A DNA stretch of 64,000 bases from Hamiltosporidium tvaerminnensis FI-OER-3-3 (taxonomy: Eukaryota; Fungi; Microsporidia). Below the pieces are notes generated by a model that ran no database searches, was not told where the DNA came from, and worked only from the letters and a program-made list of their open reading frames with translations. The position numbers and the translations under genes are program-made. Position 1 is the stretch's first letter. The number at the start of each line of letters is the position of its first letter. The DNA is taken from assembly GCA_022605425.2 (NCBI GenBank), contig JAKIMF020000001.1, forward strand, positions 558,001 to 622,000. Reading direction: 5' to 3'. Shown piece by piece: positions 1 through 12,474 of the stretch.

Positions 1-2400
1 TTTTGTTGAAAATCTTAGCAAATTACTATTATAGCAGGTAATGACAGTGTGCAGTTATCTATGCCAAACATAGAATTCATCAATATCGAGCAAAAAACTC
101 TAATTTTTCAATTTTTAAAGAAGTTGATATATATCAAATAAAAATTCTAATTGTTTTATATATGCTTGAAAATAGACAGTATTTAGCTCTAAAGCTTTCT
201 ATAGTAAAATTAAAATTTAAAATTCAATTTCGGATTTATTGGAGTGATTCATTAAAATTATTTTTGTTTAATTATACAAGGGAATATGCTATACCATCTC
301 GAATTGATCTTTTATCAACGACTTGAGAATTATTCTTTAAATTTATGTTGATTCATTGATAAGATGTACAATTAACTGAATAATATATTTCTCAAGCGCA
401 AAAATTAAAAAAAACCTAAGGATACTTTTTTTCGGAACAAATATATAAGTAAAATCAACTTGAACCATGTTTTTTGCTTAGAAATATCCAAAATGTTTAA
501 ATTTATTAGTTTTTTCTTTCAAAAAATATCAAAGAATTTAAAATGTTTCATTGATAAAATTTTTGAAGCAGAAATGTATAGAATATTTACTTTATATCAA
601 AAAATATTAAACCAACGAAAATCCATCAAACTTAGAAAATACTTTGAGAATACTCGGAATATCGAAACAGGACAAATGTATTATGCGCTAGAAAAAAGAT
701 TAATAAAAAAAACAAAAATACTCACTTTAAAACATTACCCATTGGATTATTAAAAACTATTGTTACTTTCTTATGTGTTTTGTTTCCAAGCAAATTCATA
801 GATTAGCTTACATTCGATAAAATAAATTATAAACTCTTTTATACTTCGAATTGGGTTAATATTGCCAAAAAAAGAGTCTTTTGAGAGAACTATTAGTATT
901 CCTACCATCAAATTATTAAATTATTTTTGAATCATAAATTATATATGTGCTAAAAATAAAAATATTTCTGTAGTTTTTAAACAACAAATTTCGCAGATAA
1001 GCATAGAAATACTTCTTTAGGAATTTGTAATTTTAATGATACCTATCTTAATTATTATTTTATATACCTTTCTTATATAAAGAAAGTAACCATGTTTCAA
1101 ATGAAATTCTCTGGGTTGTAGGTATTTTTTGAGGTAACCAATGGAGTTTCGAGGAATCAGATATTTATATTAACTTAGATCTCGGTTAATTTTAGAAAAA
1201 AATATAAAGTGTGCTACAGTTTTAAAAGAATGTTGTATTTTTTTAAAAAATGTTATATCATTAACTCTTTATTTTATCGAAATTGGGATCAAAAAATGGC
1301 CCAGTTAGAATATTTTAAAACATATCTTCTTATCTCTTCGTCCTTTGTTATTCACATTCGATAAAATTAAAAAAAAAGAAATGATTGGTTCATAATTAAA
1401 AAAAACTGCATCTAAATTATGATTTATTGGTTAAAATCTCCTTTAAAACTTTATAATCAAATTTAATTTTTAATTTGTGCCGTTTGGCACTGGGGGCTTG
1501 GTCTATACATTAAATTTTATCTTTGATCAAAGGAAACATATTATATTCAATTTCTATTCTATTTTACTTTTATATTTACCATTAAAACAAAATACGTCGT
1601 GCTTAAATATTTTGTAGGTCCGACGCCTCTAGAAATAGATTTCTTTATTAAAAGCGTTAGATACACATTCAAGTTACCTGGTTATTAGCCAGGTTTTTCG
1701 CTATCTTAGTGATACGCGAAGTATATTCAGTTTTGTTTCTAGTTTATTGACAATATAGTATGTTGGCTAATTATCAGCTTTTTAATTTTATATTTCACAA
1801 AAACATCCTTCTGAAAAACAACTAAGTTAACTCTTCTCTATTTCTCTGAAAAGAAGACGATACCAATGATTTCAAAGCTTTTAAAGTTTATTCTATTCTC
1901 GACGTCGCAGATTCTTTTCAATAAAGTTCATGATATTTTCTTACAGGAATTACATAGTGGAAACGGTGTACGTCTCTATATTACAATCTAACGAAATCTT
2001 ATTTTTCACATTAAGGCACTTTATATAAATCTGACTTTAAAAATATCGTTAAATTTAAAACTAGGAATGGTCCGTAACAAGAATTATGAGAGTAAAGCCT
2101 TAAACATGAACATTCTAGGTTAGATTATATATGAATTATTCTTTTTTAAATGTACTACCACTTTACTCGAAAACTTAAAGTTAGACCCGAAAGAAAAATA
2201 AATTTAAACTAATATTAAAAAAATACAGTTTAAAGAATATATGACAATAATTTATATGTTTTAAAAGCAATGAGTCTTTGAAATAATTATGTGGTTATAG
2301 ACATGCAAATGAACAACTAATCTTGAGAAAATTTCCTTTTTGTACTTAAGATTTCTTTCACTTTTTTTTCTTAAATATTTACTAAAAATTTAAAGATATA

Positions 2401-3478
2401 TTAAAATTTTAATTTATTTAATACTTTAATGTCAAAGACGAAATGATATTGTCTTACCGAATATGATTTCACTTTCGTTAGAGATTCTAGCTTTACATCT
2501 TCAAAATATTTTAATAGATGATCTTTAATTTTAGAAAAATAACTTTCTGTTTCATTTTTTTCTATTACTTTATGAAAATGAATAGTACCGGTATTCTTCA
2601 AAGCAATCACTGCATATTTGATACCCTCAAAAGGGCATGGCAAATATCCCATAATAACCCTATCACACTTGTTTATATATAAATCGATAAAAGAACTGTG
2701 ATTACCACAACAAATTGTAATTCTGTTTTGAAGTTTATTAACTTCAATATTTTTTATTAAAGCAATCTGGCTGTATTTGTTTATTTCACATGCAATTCCA
2801 TTACTACTTGGATTATTTAAAAGCAAAGGTATTAAAAAATAACCTATTCCACAATATAAATCAAGTATTGTTTCATTGTCTGTTCTTTGATTTCTCATTC
2901 TTATTCTTTCAGTATTGTTTCCCGAACTAAACATTGTAAAAAATGGATTCCAATAAAAAATAATACCCATTTGTTTCACAGACGTATAAAACTCTTCTTT
3001 TGACACCGAGGAGTAAATAATTTCATGAACTGGTGATCGTTTAATGTTTTTTCTAATATTTCTTTTCAATAGAATAACACTAAAATTTTCTTTTAAGAAA
3101 ATAAATATTGGGTTCTCAAGCAAATCCAAATTATTTATACAACCAATTTCTGTTGTTGTATGGTTTTACGTTTGAAGTATTTTCGATATTTAAAATATCT
3201 CTTAAGAATTTGTTTTTAACTTCACATATATTTATTCGGTTAAATATTTTTAATATAATTGCGTTGCTATACTTTTCATACTTCATATTTATAAGAATAA
3301 AAATGTCGTTTACAAATTTATTTTTAATATTCAATGAAATTTTATGTTTTACAATTAAAACTATCGGATTAACAAATTCTTTTATTTCTATATAATCATA
3401 ATTTTCTGTAACTGCAAGTTCTTTAAAATTTGACAAAAAAAATGCGTAATCTGATTTTTCTAAAATTAAAAATAACAT
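2401..3478 (-). CDS. TYW2: tRNA wybutosine-synthesising protein 2 (TYW2/Trm12, Met-10+ family SAM-dependent transferase); split by a +1 frameshift at 3131-3136, ~358 aa when joined
   Basis: Motifs MFSSGNNTERIRM, DLYCGIGYF, CEIN, DRVIMGYLP, HFH and VKSYSxxxYHxVxD in ORF 2401-3129. The upstream ORF 3131-3478 has the CCC-preceded ATG and a KYEKYSNAIIL segment resembling the TYW2 N-terminus. The frames overlap without stops over ~12 codons ending in TAT AAA TAA. Confidence 0.8.
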
Positions 3479-4339
3479 TTTTTCGGAGAAAAAAGGGATT
3501 AGAATTATTTACAATATAATATTCATTTGAATGTTCGAAAAATTTATGATTTTTTTATTTCGAACTTCGAGGTTTCGGAACATCAGAACTATAATAATGT
3601 GTGCCAAAAAGCATTATATTTATTATAAGCGTATATCCCTTTCAATTTTTGACCAAAATTTAGCATGTTTGCTTCAGCAATTTATAAATCATTACAACAC
3701 TTCGGTTTATAACATATTTCCACATAATTTTATTAATAAATGCCATACCCATTACTTACTACGAGACAATTTTAGTATTTGAAACAAAAAGAGAAATGAA
3801 AAAATAACAATCGACATATGTTGAAGCGATTATAAATGGCAACGTATTTTTCTTATCTTCCTAAAATTCAAAAAAAGTAGGTTACACAACTGACAAATTT
3901 TTTAGAAATTATGTGTCTTAGTGATGAGATAAACTTTTTAACTATAATTCAACAATAATTAAATGTATTTTATGTTCTATTCTTTTAATTCACAATTATT
4001 TTCCATAAAAAGCAATTACGAAAATAGAATCGTATGTACAGAATATTCCAAGGGGGTTTTATCTTAAGTTATCTGAGCGTGTTAAGTCTGAGCATTTGGT
4101 TGGTCTTGATTAATTTTGCGTTATTGGTCTATATTTGTAACTAAAATGACGGCACGGACAAATATAATAATTATTTAATTCTATTTGTATCAGATAATCA
4201 TCCGAATATGTTTCGTTCACTTGATGAATTTCTAATATAATCAATTAGCTTCTCAATTAGAAAGCTGCTGGAATTAATGGTATTTACAAATTCTTCATCA
4301 AGAAATCTACAAATCTTAACAAACATCTCTATGTTATTG

Positions 4340-6860
4340 TAAAGGATATATTTTTAGAAAGTTATCCAGAATCCGATTGGTTTTACTGTTTTCTTACACA
4401 TTAGACACCAAAAAATATTCGGCAAAAAGGCTCTTAAAATAGGGCAATTATTTATATTTTAAACCTTCATAAGTTAACAAGAAAGTGCGTAACAAAAGTC
4501 TTTTCCTTAAATTGAAAAGGAAATGGCTACTTTCAGATGATTGATTTGGGCCAGGGAGAAGATGCAAGAACTAAAAAAGCATTTCGTACTAAAGTTTCTA
4601 TCCGTAAACGGTATCTAAAAAACCATAAGGCAGCATGAATTGATAATAAAAAAGCTTTTCATTCTATAGATTATGTATATAGGACCTAATACATTAAAAC
4701 TCAACATTTACAGGATTAGATTCTGAAATTTAGCAAGGTAAAATATGAAATGATAAATATTTTTTTTAATAAAGCTGAAAAAATCTGACAACAAAGCAGG
4801 AGAAAAATTCTCCGGCAAGATTGTTTTTACATGTGTTTTTAATTTATGTATGAATCTATCTGCTGGTAAACTCAAAAGAGATCAAAAATATAAAATATAA
4901 TGAGGCAAATTCCGACTCTATTAATCATATCTTGTTCATTAAAAATCCAAGACAAACTTTGCAGAAAAATATGACTGAGGAGATAGAAATATTTAAGAAA
5001 AATGTAGTATGACAATGACAAGAGAATATTCGGCTACATTTATTCCTTTTATAAAGCTACTGCTATTCTTCTTGTTACAATAGATGTTTAAGATATCTTA
5101 GAATAACAAAAAAAGGCAATATTTCCCAACATTGCTAATTTAAAACCTTATATACAAAATTATAAGCAAAGTTAAAAAGAAACCGTCAAATGAGATTGAA
5201 TCTAAACATCTTATTAATAGGCATCAATTCTTACACATAAACAATTATTAACATTCAAATAAAAGTACAATAGTCTGAATCTTGCGACTTAAAATGCGGA
5301 ATGACGCAATGCGAGCAGTGATATACTTAACATACATCTACGACAAAGAAGTAAAGACCGTCTATTTTTCTCTTTAAAAAATTTTTTGCAGGTTGGTTTA
5401 TCTGGAATTTGATTAAATAATGTAATTTTCTCTTATATATTTTGAATTGTCTGAAAAATAGAAAGAAAAAAATTTAAAATAAGATTAGAAATTTTAAAAG
5501 AGAAAAATGATAATGAAATTGCCTTGCACAATAAACATGTTTTTGTGAATTAAATAGAGTTAAAAGAGAGTGTCATTAAGACAAAATTAAAAGAAGCCCA
5601 ATCTAGCAAACTTTTATTTATTTATCCTCGTCAGCTACAGCCCCACGCAAGCCTTATTCTCTCTCAGTAATGCCATCTATTGGTCTCTTTTCGGTGGTCA
5701 ACTATGCTGGTGGTTTTCTAATTTTCCTGCTGGGTTCGTTTATTTCTTTAGGTTTCAAAACAAGGTAGGTTTACCGAATGGGTTGTTGGCCCTAAGCCCA
5801 ACTTGAAGGACCAGTTTCTTTTGGTCGCCTTTTAAGACAAGCAGAGAATATTTCAAGCCAATCCTACTTCCGGAATTGTCGGAAATAACTAGCAAACTTA
5901 CATATAGAAATATAATAACAAAATTATATTCAAAGTTGTTAATCCTGTAAAAAAACGAAAAGATATAGATGACTTCTCAGAATAATCAGAATCCTAAATT
6001 TTAGTCTGCTGATCAAAAAGTGATCTGCTATATCAAGATAAAAATGTATTCTTAGCAACTGAAATAATGTATAACACTTCAATATTCGGTTAACAGTAAG
6101 TAATGTGCGCTTGATCTGAGCAAAAGCTTAACATGACTATATCAGACGGCATAATGAAGTATTTAGCTCTTACTTTAACACTTTTTGAATTGGTAAAAAA
6201 TTTTATCTTCAAAATCGATTGTGTGTTATTTAGTTCATTAAATTATTAATTATGAGTAGGCTGAGATTATAGTAAGCGTCAGAATAAAAATTGTGGCAAA
6301 ATTCGAAATAATAGATCCGATATCTTTGTTTTGTAAAAGCGTAAAGATGATAAAATCAATTTAAATGAAATTAGTTCTTACGATTCAGCATAATAGGGAA
6401 TTGAGAAATTTAAACAATTTGATAAATTAGAAATAAATTTGATATTATTCATAAATTTAGTAAAGCAATAAATCTTTGCGTAAAACACGGTACGATATTG
6501 TGAATAATTAAAAAAAGCATTTCACAAAATACTGCCAACACCATGAATATATGGGTATGTATATCTTATAAAGTACACAAGAAGATAGTCGACAAAAATT
6601 TTTTAAACAATAAAGAGAAATTGAATTGAGACTAATTGTTAAAGAAATTTGAAAGACACTAACGGATGTTTATAAAAGAGCTGAAATAGATGAGGTACAA
6701 ACATTCCTATAAGAAATCTAATATAGAGGAAGATTGTGTCAAAATTTTAAACCACAAAAAATACAATTGCTACTGCAGATACAAGAATCACACTAAAAAA
6801 CCGCACAAGAAATATAAAGAAGAGTATTTTTTAGTATAGAATGTTTGTTTATTAATGAGC
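4340..6860 (+). mobile_element. Heavily decayed RLE-type non-LTR retrotransposon copy
   Basis: Recognisable similarity along its length to the 12.5-15.3 kb element: SDWFYC at ~4370, CYIKIKNV-like segment at ~6030, RRHNEV at ~6145, NRSDIF at ~6310. Many stops and indels. Confidence 0.7.
5614..5888 (-). mobile_element. Non-autonomous RTE-derived SINE-like element (~275 bp) with 11-bp target-site duplication, nested in the decayed RLE element
   Basis: Flanked by CTAGCAAACTT at 5603-5613 and 5889-5899. The minus strand reads ...CTGCTTGTCTTAAAAGGCGACCAA...CTGGTCCTTCAAGTTGGG...GGGCCAACAACCC (RTE 5'UTR-like), then GGGGCTGTAGC and a (TAAA)n tail (RTE 3'-end-like). GC-rich relative to the flanks. Confidence 0.75.
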
Positions 6861-6958
6861 TCGACGGAAATACATAAAATATTAAAAATGTTTTGAATCC
6901 GAATTTACTTAAATAGGTTTAACATATATAATATTAAAAATAAAAACTAATAATTTTA

Positions 6959-9132
6959 TTAACTCGACGATTTCTTTTTGTTGTTTTCATAATTCATTGA
7001 ATAAGTTGACATATAACTTATGATCTTCAAACTATCATTTTTTTTCAAATAAAAAAAATATATTGAACTTAAATCAATAATGCATTCTTCGAATATCAAT
7101 GTTTTCGGATTTTGTATCTTTTCTAATTTTATTTTAAATAAATCAACATCCCTACATATTATATTAAATCCAATGAATTTGCAAAATTCAACTTCTTTTA
7201 GAAGCGAATGAAATTCATAACTTGAAATATCGATAAAATTATTTTTAGTATCACTTGTCGTTAAAACTATATTATTCGGTAGATTATATTTCCAAAGTAA
7301 CTTTGTGATAAGTGATATTTTATCTGCGAAAAAATATTGATTAAAATAAATTTTTAAGCTTTTTAACTTATTCGCCTCTTTATTTTTAAATTTTTTCCGA
7401 TAATTTAAGGTCGAAATATCTAACTCTAGATTCTCTAAATTCTTCAAGTAATATAAACCCCAGCTTTCATTTAAATCCAATTTCAAAAGGGTAAGACTTG
7501 TTAAATGATTAGGATCATATAAAGTTTCTATTAACTTATAAATTTTGATATCACATAATTGTATATGAAGATCTTCTAGCTGTATTTTTTCTGTTATGTC
7601 TGATGAAATAGAAGGCGAATTCTTAAAATCTTTGACAAAAACAGTTACTAACTTAAGTGATCTATATTCTTTATACCTAAACAAAAAAATAAAAAATGAT
7701 GAATCCAATGAAATGTTATCAAAACTTATTTTTTTGAATTATAAAATTCCTTTAAGATAAGTAAAACATCCCTTCCCGCCAAAATATGAGAATGATTTCT
7801 ACTATAATTATAAAATATAAAGTTTATTTAAAATTCATTGATAATGATTTCCCAGTTACAACGTTACCCTTATTTTAAGCTCAATATTTCTCCCGATAAA
7901 TTTTTTTATTCGCAAATTAAGATAATCAACCTCAAATTTCCAAAATAAAAACAATTGACCTGAAATTCTTTTATTGGAAACCATTTTATTCAAAAAATTT
8001 ATATGGTTTTGTTCAAAATTTGGCCGGTATTTTGAATGTATACGAATCATAGTTAATTGTGAAAAATTTATGTCATCTTTGTTTGTAAAACAATGGTAAT
8101 AACGGATTTCTATTATCTTCAATGTATCTTTGAATTTTTCTAAGATCGAAAAATCAAATGTGATTTCTTCGTCCAAAGATTCTTTGATATCATTTTGAAT
8201 ATAAAGTGACCTCAAGATTTTGAAATGATTTAGCAAAGAAGTTACTGTGACAATATCACATTTGAATATTTTAAGATCATTTATTTTTTGAAATTGAAAC
8301 ATTAAAAAATCAGCATCCTTAAATATGAAGTTATGGTTATATTTCCTAAGATTACAATCTGAAATTGATTTTCCCATATATTCTTTTTCGGGTGATAAAA
8401 AAGGATTAAAATTTAGGCATTTGATATTCAGATACTTGAGATAAAAAATCATGGTTTTCAAATAGGTTTTGCATTGTAAATTGTGATGACAATCACGATA
8501 AAATTTAATACAAAATTCTACTTGTTTGTTTTTCTTATCGAAAATTAAGCAATTTTTTAAGTTGTTATCAACCGAAACCAGATTTTCGAGAATGAAAAAT
8601 AAAAATCTTTCATTATTAATGAACATCGAAGGAAAACATTCAAGTATCGAAGTATAAAAATTAAGGTCAGGTTCTACTGAATCTTTAAAATATAAAGATA
8701 AATCATTAAAAACCACTGTAAATAAAATTTATAAAAAATCATACTCAAATTCGAACCAGAAACAATCTAAGATAAAGTAAAATCTAAGAAAGAAATCGCC
8801 ATTAAAATTTTCTAGAATGATTCGAAAATTTACTAAGCTTTCAAACAATTTAAAATATTCAATATTAAAACAATATGGCAATAAAATTGTTCTTTTTTCC
8901 AATCAATTGATTTTAAATATTTTTTAATTTTCTCTGATTTATATCCATTAGTAGTATCATAGTTAAATTCAACATCTTTAAATAAGGTAGGATCATGCGT
9001 TAGATATGATTCTACCGGCTCATTAAATATCTTCCTCAGTGTATTTTCAAAGGTGTCTTCGCTATTGAGAGTTTCTACTTCCTTATTCATAAATCTTAAC
9101 TTTACTATCTCGGAATTTGCCACCCTAAACAT
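6959..9132 (-). pseudogene. Fragmented LRR-like orphan gene (~720 codons)
   Basis: Three collinear ORFs (8833-9132, 7856-8716, 6959-7708) with LxxLxL patterns (LTSLTLLKL, LENLELDI, LKSLKI). Joining them needs a -1 shift near 8840-8880, readthrough of an in-frame TAA at ~8730 and several stops in 7740-7856. Confidence 0.65.
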
Positions 9133-9654
9133 GAATGAAAGAAAAAACTAAAAAATATTTTTTTTGCTCCGTTTCTGGTCAAGCTAAATTGCTGTTTCAT
9201 TTAAAGAATTTTGAAATTTTAAATTAAATAGCAGAATTTTGATCAAAAGTCAAATATTTCAATTTCTTTTCGATTTTTGACATGTCAAGATAGTTGTAAG
9301 ATCACTAATTTTTCTACTCGGAAGAAATATTTTTACATTATATTCATTTTTTTTCGAATAATTTTTTATAAAATTTGGTTCGAACCAATTAGAACTTACA
9401 TAATTTTATTTTTTTGTATTGATTCCAATCAAATTTATTGTCGTATTTCAAACTGCATCCCCCCTCGTTCTGCTCCCTTTATTTTTATTTACCATTAACA
9501 AATAGTAAAGAAACGCAAAAATTTTCTGAGACCTTGTTAAGACGAGGTTAATTCGAAATTTAAATGTATTTCTGCGTTTTTTTGTCAGGAAAGAGTATTT
9601 TAGAAAATTAGACGGACTATTAAAAATTAACAGAATTAAAAAATATTAAAATTA

Positions 9655-10630
9655 ATACTTTTATTAAATAAAATTTCTTAGTTAAAATGTTTTTACGATT
9701 TTTATGCATTTTCTTCTACTTCTTTTACCACACCCGTTTCTTCTTCCAAATCCGACTCTTCATTTATATTTATCGTCGGTTCCTCTAATGTGGTTCCTCT
9801 TTCTGAAATAAGGGGGGTATTTTTTAAAAAAATTTCAAAACCATCTTCATCTCTCTTAGCTTCTTTTAAAGAGGGTGTTGGTTCCTCATGCATCTCTGCT
9901 CTCATAATAACACCCATTGACGCTCACTCCCAGCTCTCTTTGGCATTTAGTCCTGATTCAAGTCCTCTTCGTCGATCAAAGGAAATTCTTTCGACCGTCT
10001 TCTTAAGTACTATAGACTGAATGTATGCTTCTACATTCATGGGTATTTCTAGTCTTTTAAGATGAGATCTATAGTATTCTGTTACAATACCGTCCCAGGT
10101 CATCACATAAGGGATTATCTCAACACTAGACTTATAAATAAGACCCATCTTATTGGCTAGCAGGTCATACTTCCTAAGTTTTTCAATTTCAACTATTTGA
10201 AGTGAATCTTGGGAAGTGATTCCTACTTCAATGAGTGTTATCTTATTCTTCTTCTTATCTAAAATAAATATGTCGGGTCTGTTATTCCGAATTTTAACAT
10301 CAGTTTTTATTCTGATGTACACTCTTATCTTTGCATACTCATTATCAAGAATTTCTTGAACTGAGTGACTCCTAATTCGTTTTGAAGACTTAAACTTATA
10401 TCTATTTAGGAGAAGTAAGTGTAGGCATCTAACCACTTCATTATGCCGTCTGGTGTATTCATGGACTAGCATTTTTCCACATCGAGTTGCTAGATGATCT
10501 ACAGTCTTACCAGATTTATTGCAATGTTGGCTCATACCATCTTCTCCCCCGAATACATTTCTATCCTGGATATAGCAGAACACATCTTCATTTCGTGGCC
10601 TAATATTCCCTCTCTTTAACCATCTTACAA
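9655..10630 (-). mobile_element. 5'-truncated RLE non-LTR retrotransposon (zinc knuckle + restriction-like endonuclease + 3' tail)
   Basis: ORF 9924-10583 has a zinc-knuckle remnant (QHC...HLATRC), RHNEV, PDIF, IEV and KLRKY. Highly similar to 12475-13450 including the 3' end. Confidence 0.9.
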
Positions 10631-10871
10631 GGCTAAAAAATATAATAGTAAATAAATTAAAGGAGGAGGTATAAAATTTTATTTGAAATGATTAAGAAAT
10701 TATAGCTCATTTAATAAAATTTAACAAGATGTCGACTCATTTAGGTTTTTTGCATGTGTTAAACCAAATCAATTTCTACGAGGTATACAGCTAGTAAGTA
10801 TTTAGAAGAAAAAAGCCAAACCAAATTAAAAAATCTAAAGTATCATACTCAATATTTAATATAATTTTTAT

Positions 10872-12164
10872 TCATTCTTTTGTATTGCTGGAAATTGTTT
10901 GGATCAATTCCTTGAACCCAGAAGGATTCCTTGCCATCAAATTTAGTAAAACTTTTTTTACATCATAATAGTCATTTGAAAAATCACATGAAGTTATAAT
11001 TTTAACCATTAATACTTCAGGATCTAAATTCACGTGTTTCTTTATTGTAATTTTCAGATCATATTGGGTTTTATCTTTTAATTTGAATGATGAAAAATGA
11101 ATTGATCTTTTGATTTCTACGGTATATAAGAATAAATTAAAAAAACAAGTCTGTGTTATTTTGTAACTTTCATTAATTCTTTCATTTTTAAATATATGAT
11201 AAAAATTTAATTCTTTTACTTTTTTCTGTAGAACTAATATTTTGTGATTTTTTATGACAATGTACTTATCGATGCACAAATATAAAATTTTATCCATATA
11301 ATCTGTTCGGGAGTTATTTATAATACGCGAAGAAGACTTCGTTTGTGCATTTATAAATAAATCTCGATGGATTTGTACGGGTAGATCAAAGCTTAGAAAT
11401 GAAATTTTCTGAATTTTGTCTTTTGTTTTGTCCATCAATCGAATTACATATTCGAAAGGCAGAGAAACAACAAAATAGTGTTTTATATACTTTTTAATTA
11501 ACTTTTCGTCACAAATAATACTATTTTTCATCAATAAAATATCTTTTTTCTCCAATATAACTACTAAATTCAAATAAAAATAATAATTATAATTTCTAAA
11601 TATTTCAGCTATCACATTTTTATTATATTCTGCTGATTTTATTGGTTTGATTATAAAGACGCCATCATGTTCCGTAATATAGTTGTTTAAAACTTTGAAT
11701 ATTTTTTCAAAAAAGACTATAAATCTTGCAATAAATGAATAAGCGTTTTCATGATCTAAAATCAACACACATTTCTTAAATTTTACAATATTACTCTCAG
11801 TAGATCGAAATTTGATTGCAGAAGATGTTTTTTGCTGGTAAAACGAGAAAATAAAATAATCTTTTAAGAAATTATTTGTAGTAAATGAAGTAATAAGAAA
11901 GTTAAAATCATATTCTTTTAATGGAATATATTTTAAAACCTGTGCACAAGAATGTTCAGTTTTGTTTATATTATCAATACTTATTAGATGTAAATCATAT
12001 TTCGAATTTTCCAAAAGTTGTTTTTGAACTGAATCAACATATAAACCTAAGAATTCGCGGAACTTGTCTTCTAGGTTTTGAATGTAATTTATTTTATTCC
12101 TTCCTAGAAATATAAAGTTGATTTTTAGTAAGAAAATTTGAATTATTTTGTTCATAAATTTCAT
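10872..12164 (-). CDS. Hypothetical protein, 430 aa, lineage-specific family; paralog of 17880-19167; possible N-terminal signal peptide
   Basis: Long intact ORF. End-to-end similarity to the 18-19 kb gene (LFLYTxEIKRS, YDVKKVLLNL). Stop overlaps AATAAA. Confidence 0.8.
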   Translation of the reverse strand: MKFMNKIIQIFLLKINFIFLGRNKINYIQNLEDKFREFLGLYVDSVQKQLLENSKYDLHLISIDNINKTEHSCAQVLKYIPLKEYDFNFLITSFTTNNFLKDYFIFSFYQQKTSSAIKFRSTESNIVKFKKCVLILDHENAYSFIARFIVFFEKIFKVLNNYITEHDGVFIIKPIKSAEYNKNVIAEIFRNYNYYFYLNLVVILEKKDILLMKNSIICDEKLIKKYIKHYFVVSLPFEYVIRLMDKTKDKIQKISFLSFDLPVQIHRDLFINAQTKSSSRIINNSRTDYMDKILYLCIDKYIVIKNHKILVLQKKVKELNFYHIFKNERINESYKITQTCFFNLFLYTVEIKRSIHFSSFKLKDKTQYDLKITIKKHVNLDPEVLMVKIITSCDFSNDYYDVKKVLLNLMARNPSGFKELIQTISSNTKE

Positions 12165-12474
12165 GCCAAATCAGCGTATTTGAATATCTTACTTATATTT
12201 GATTTTAAAAACTGTGATAAATAAAAACATTAACAATATGAAGTAAATTACTATTATTAAATATAGACTCTTCTCTGGTTCCTAGATCGGTATTAATTTA
12301 TTAAATTTAATTTAAATCAGAAATATATATTAATCTATTTTCTAGTTTCAGAAATTAAAAAGAATTGAATTATATTGCAGAGAATAATAAAAAGTAAGCA
12401 TATTTTTTTTTAGCTTTCTAACCCAGATAAACATATCTATCGAACTTTGCAATTGTTTTTGAAATACATAATTA

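Noticed and set aside
460-753. Small isolated ORFs (460-753, 3531-3782, 16077-16337, 17146-17623, 23257-23529, 29034-30596, 38618-38938)
   Set aside because: No motifs, often TTG/GTG starts, no CCC start context, and composition of AT-rich intergenic or TE-derived DNA.
3146-3170. 20-nt GT..AG (GTAAAACCATACAACAACAG) as a tiny intron repairing TYW2
   Set aside because: Splicing it gives AAC AAA TTG GTT GTA TAA, which is still out of frame. It also lacks the GTAAGT donor. I saw no suitable canonical intron at the other split sites I examined.
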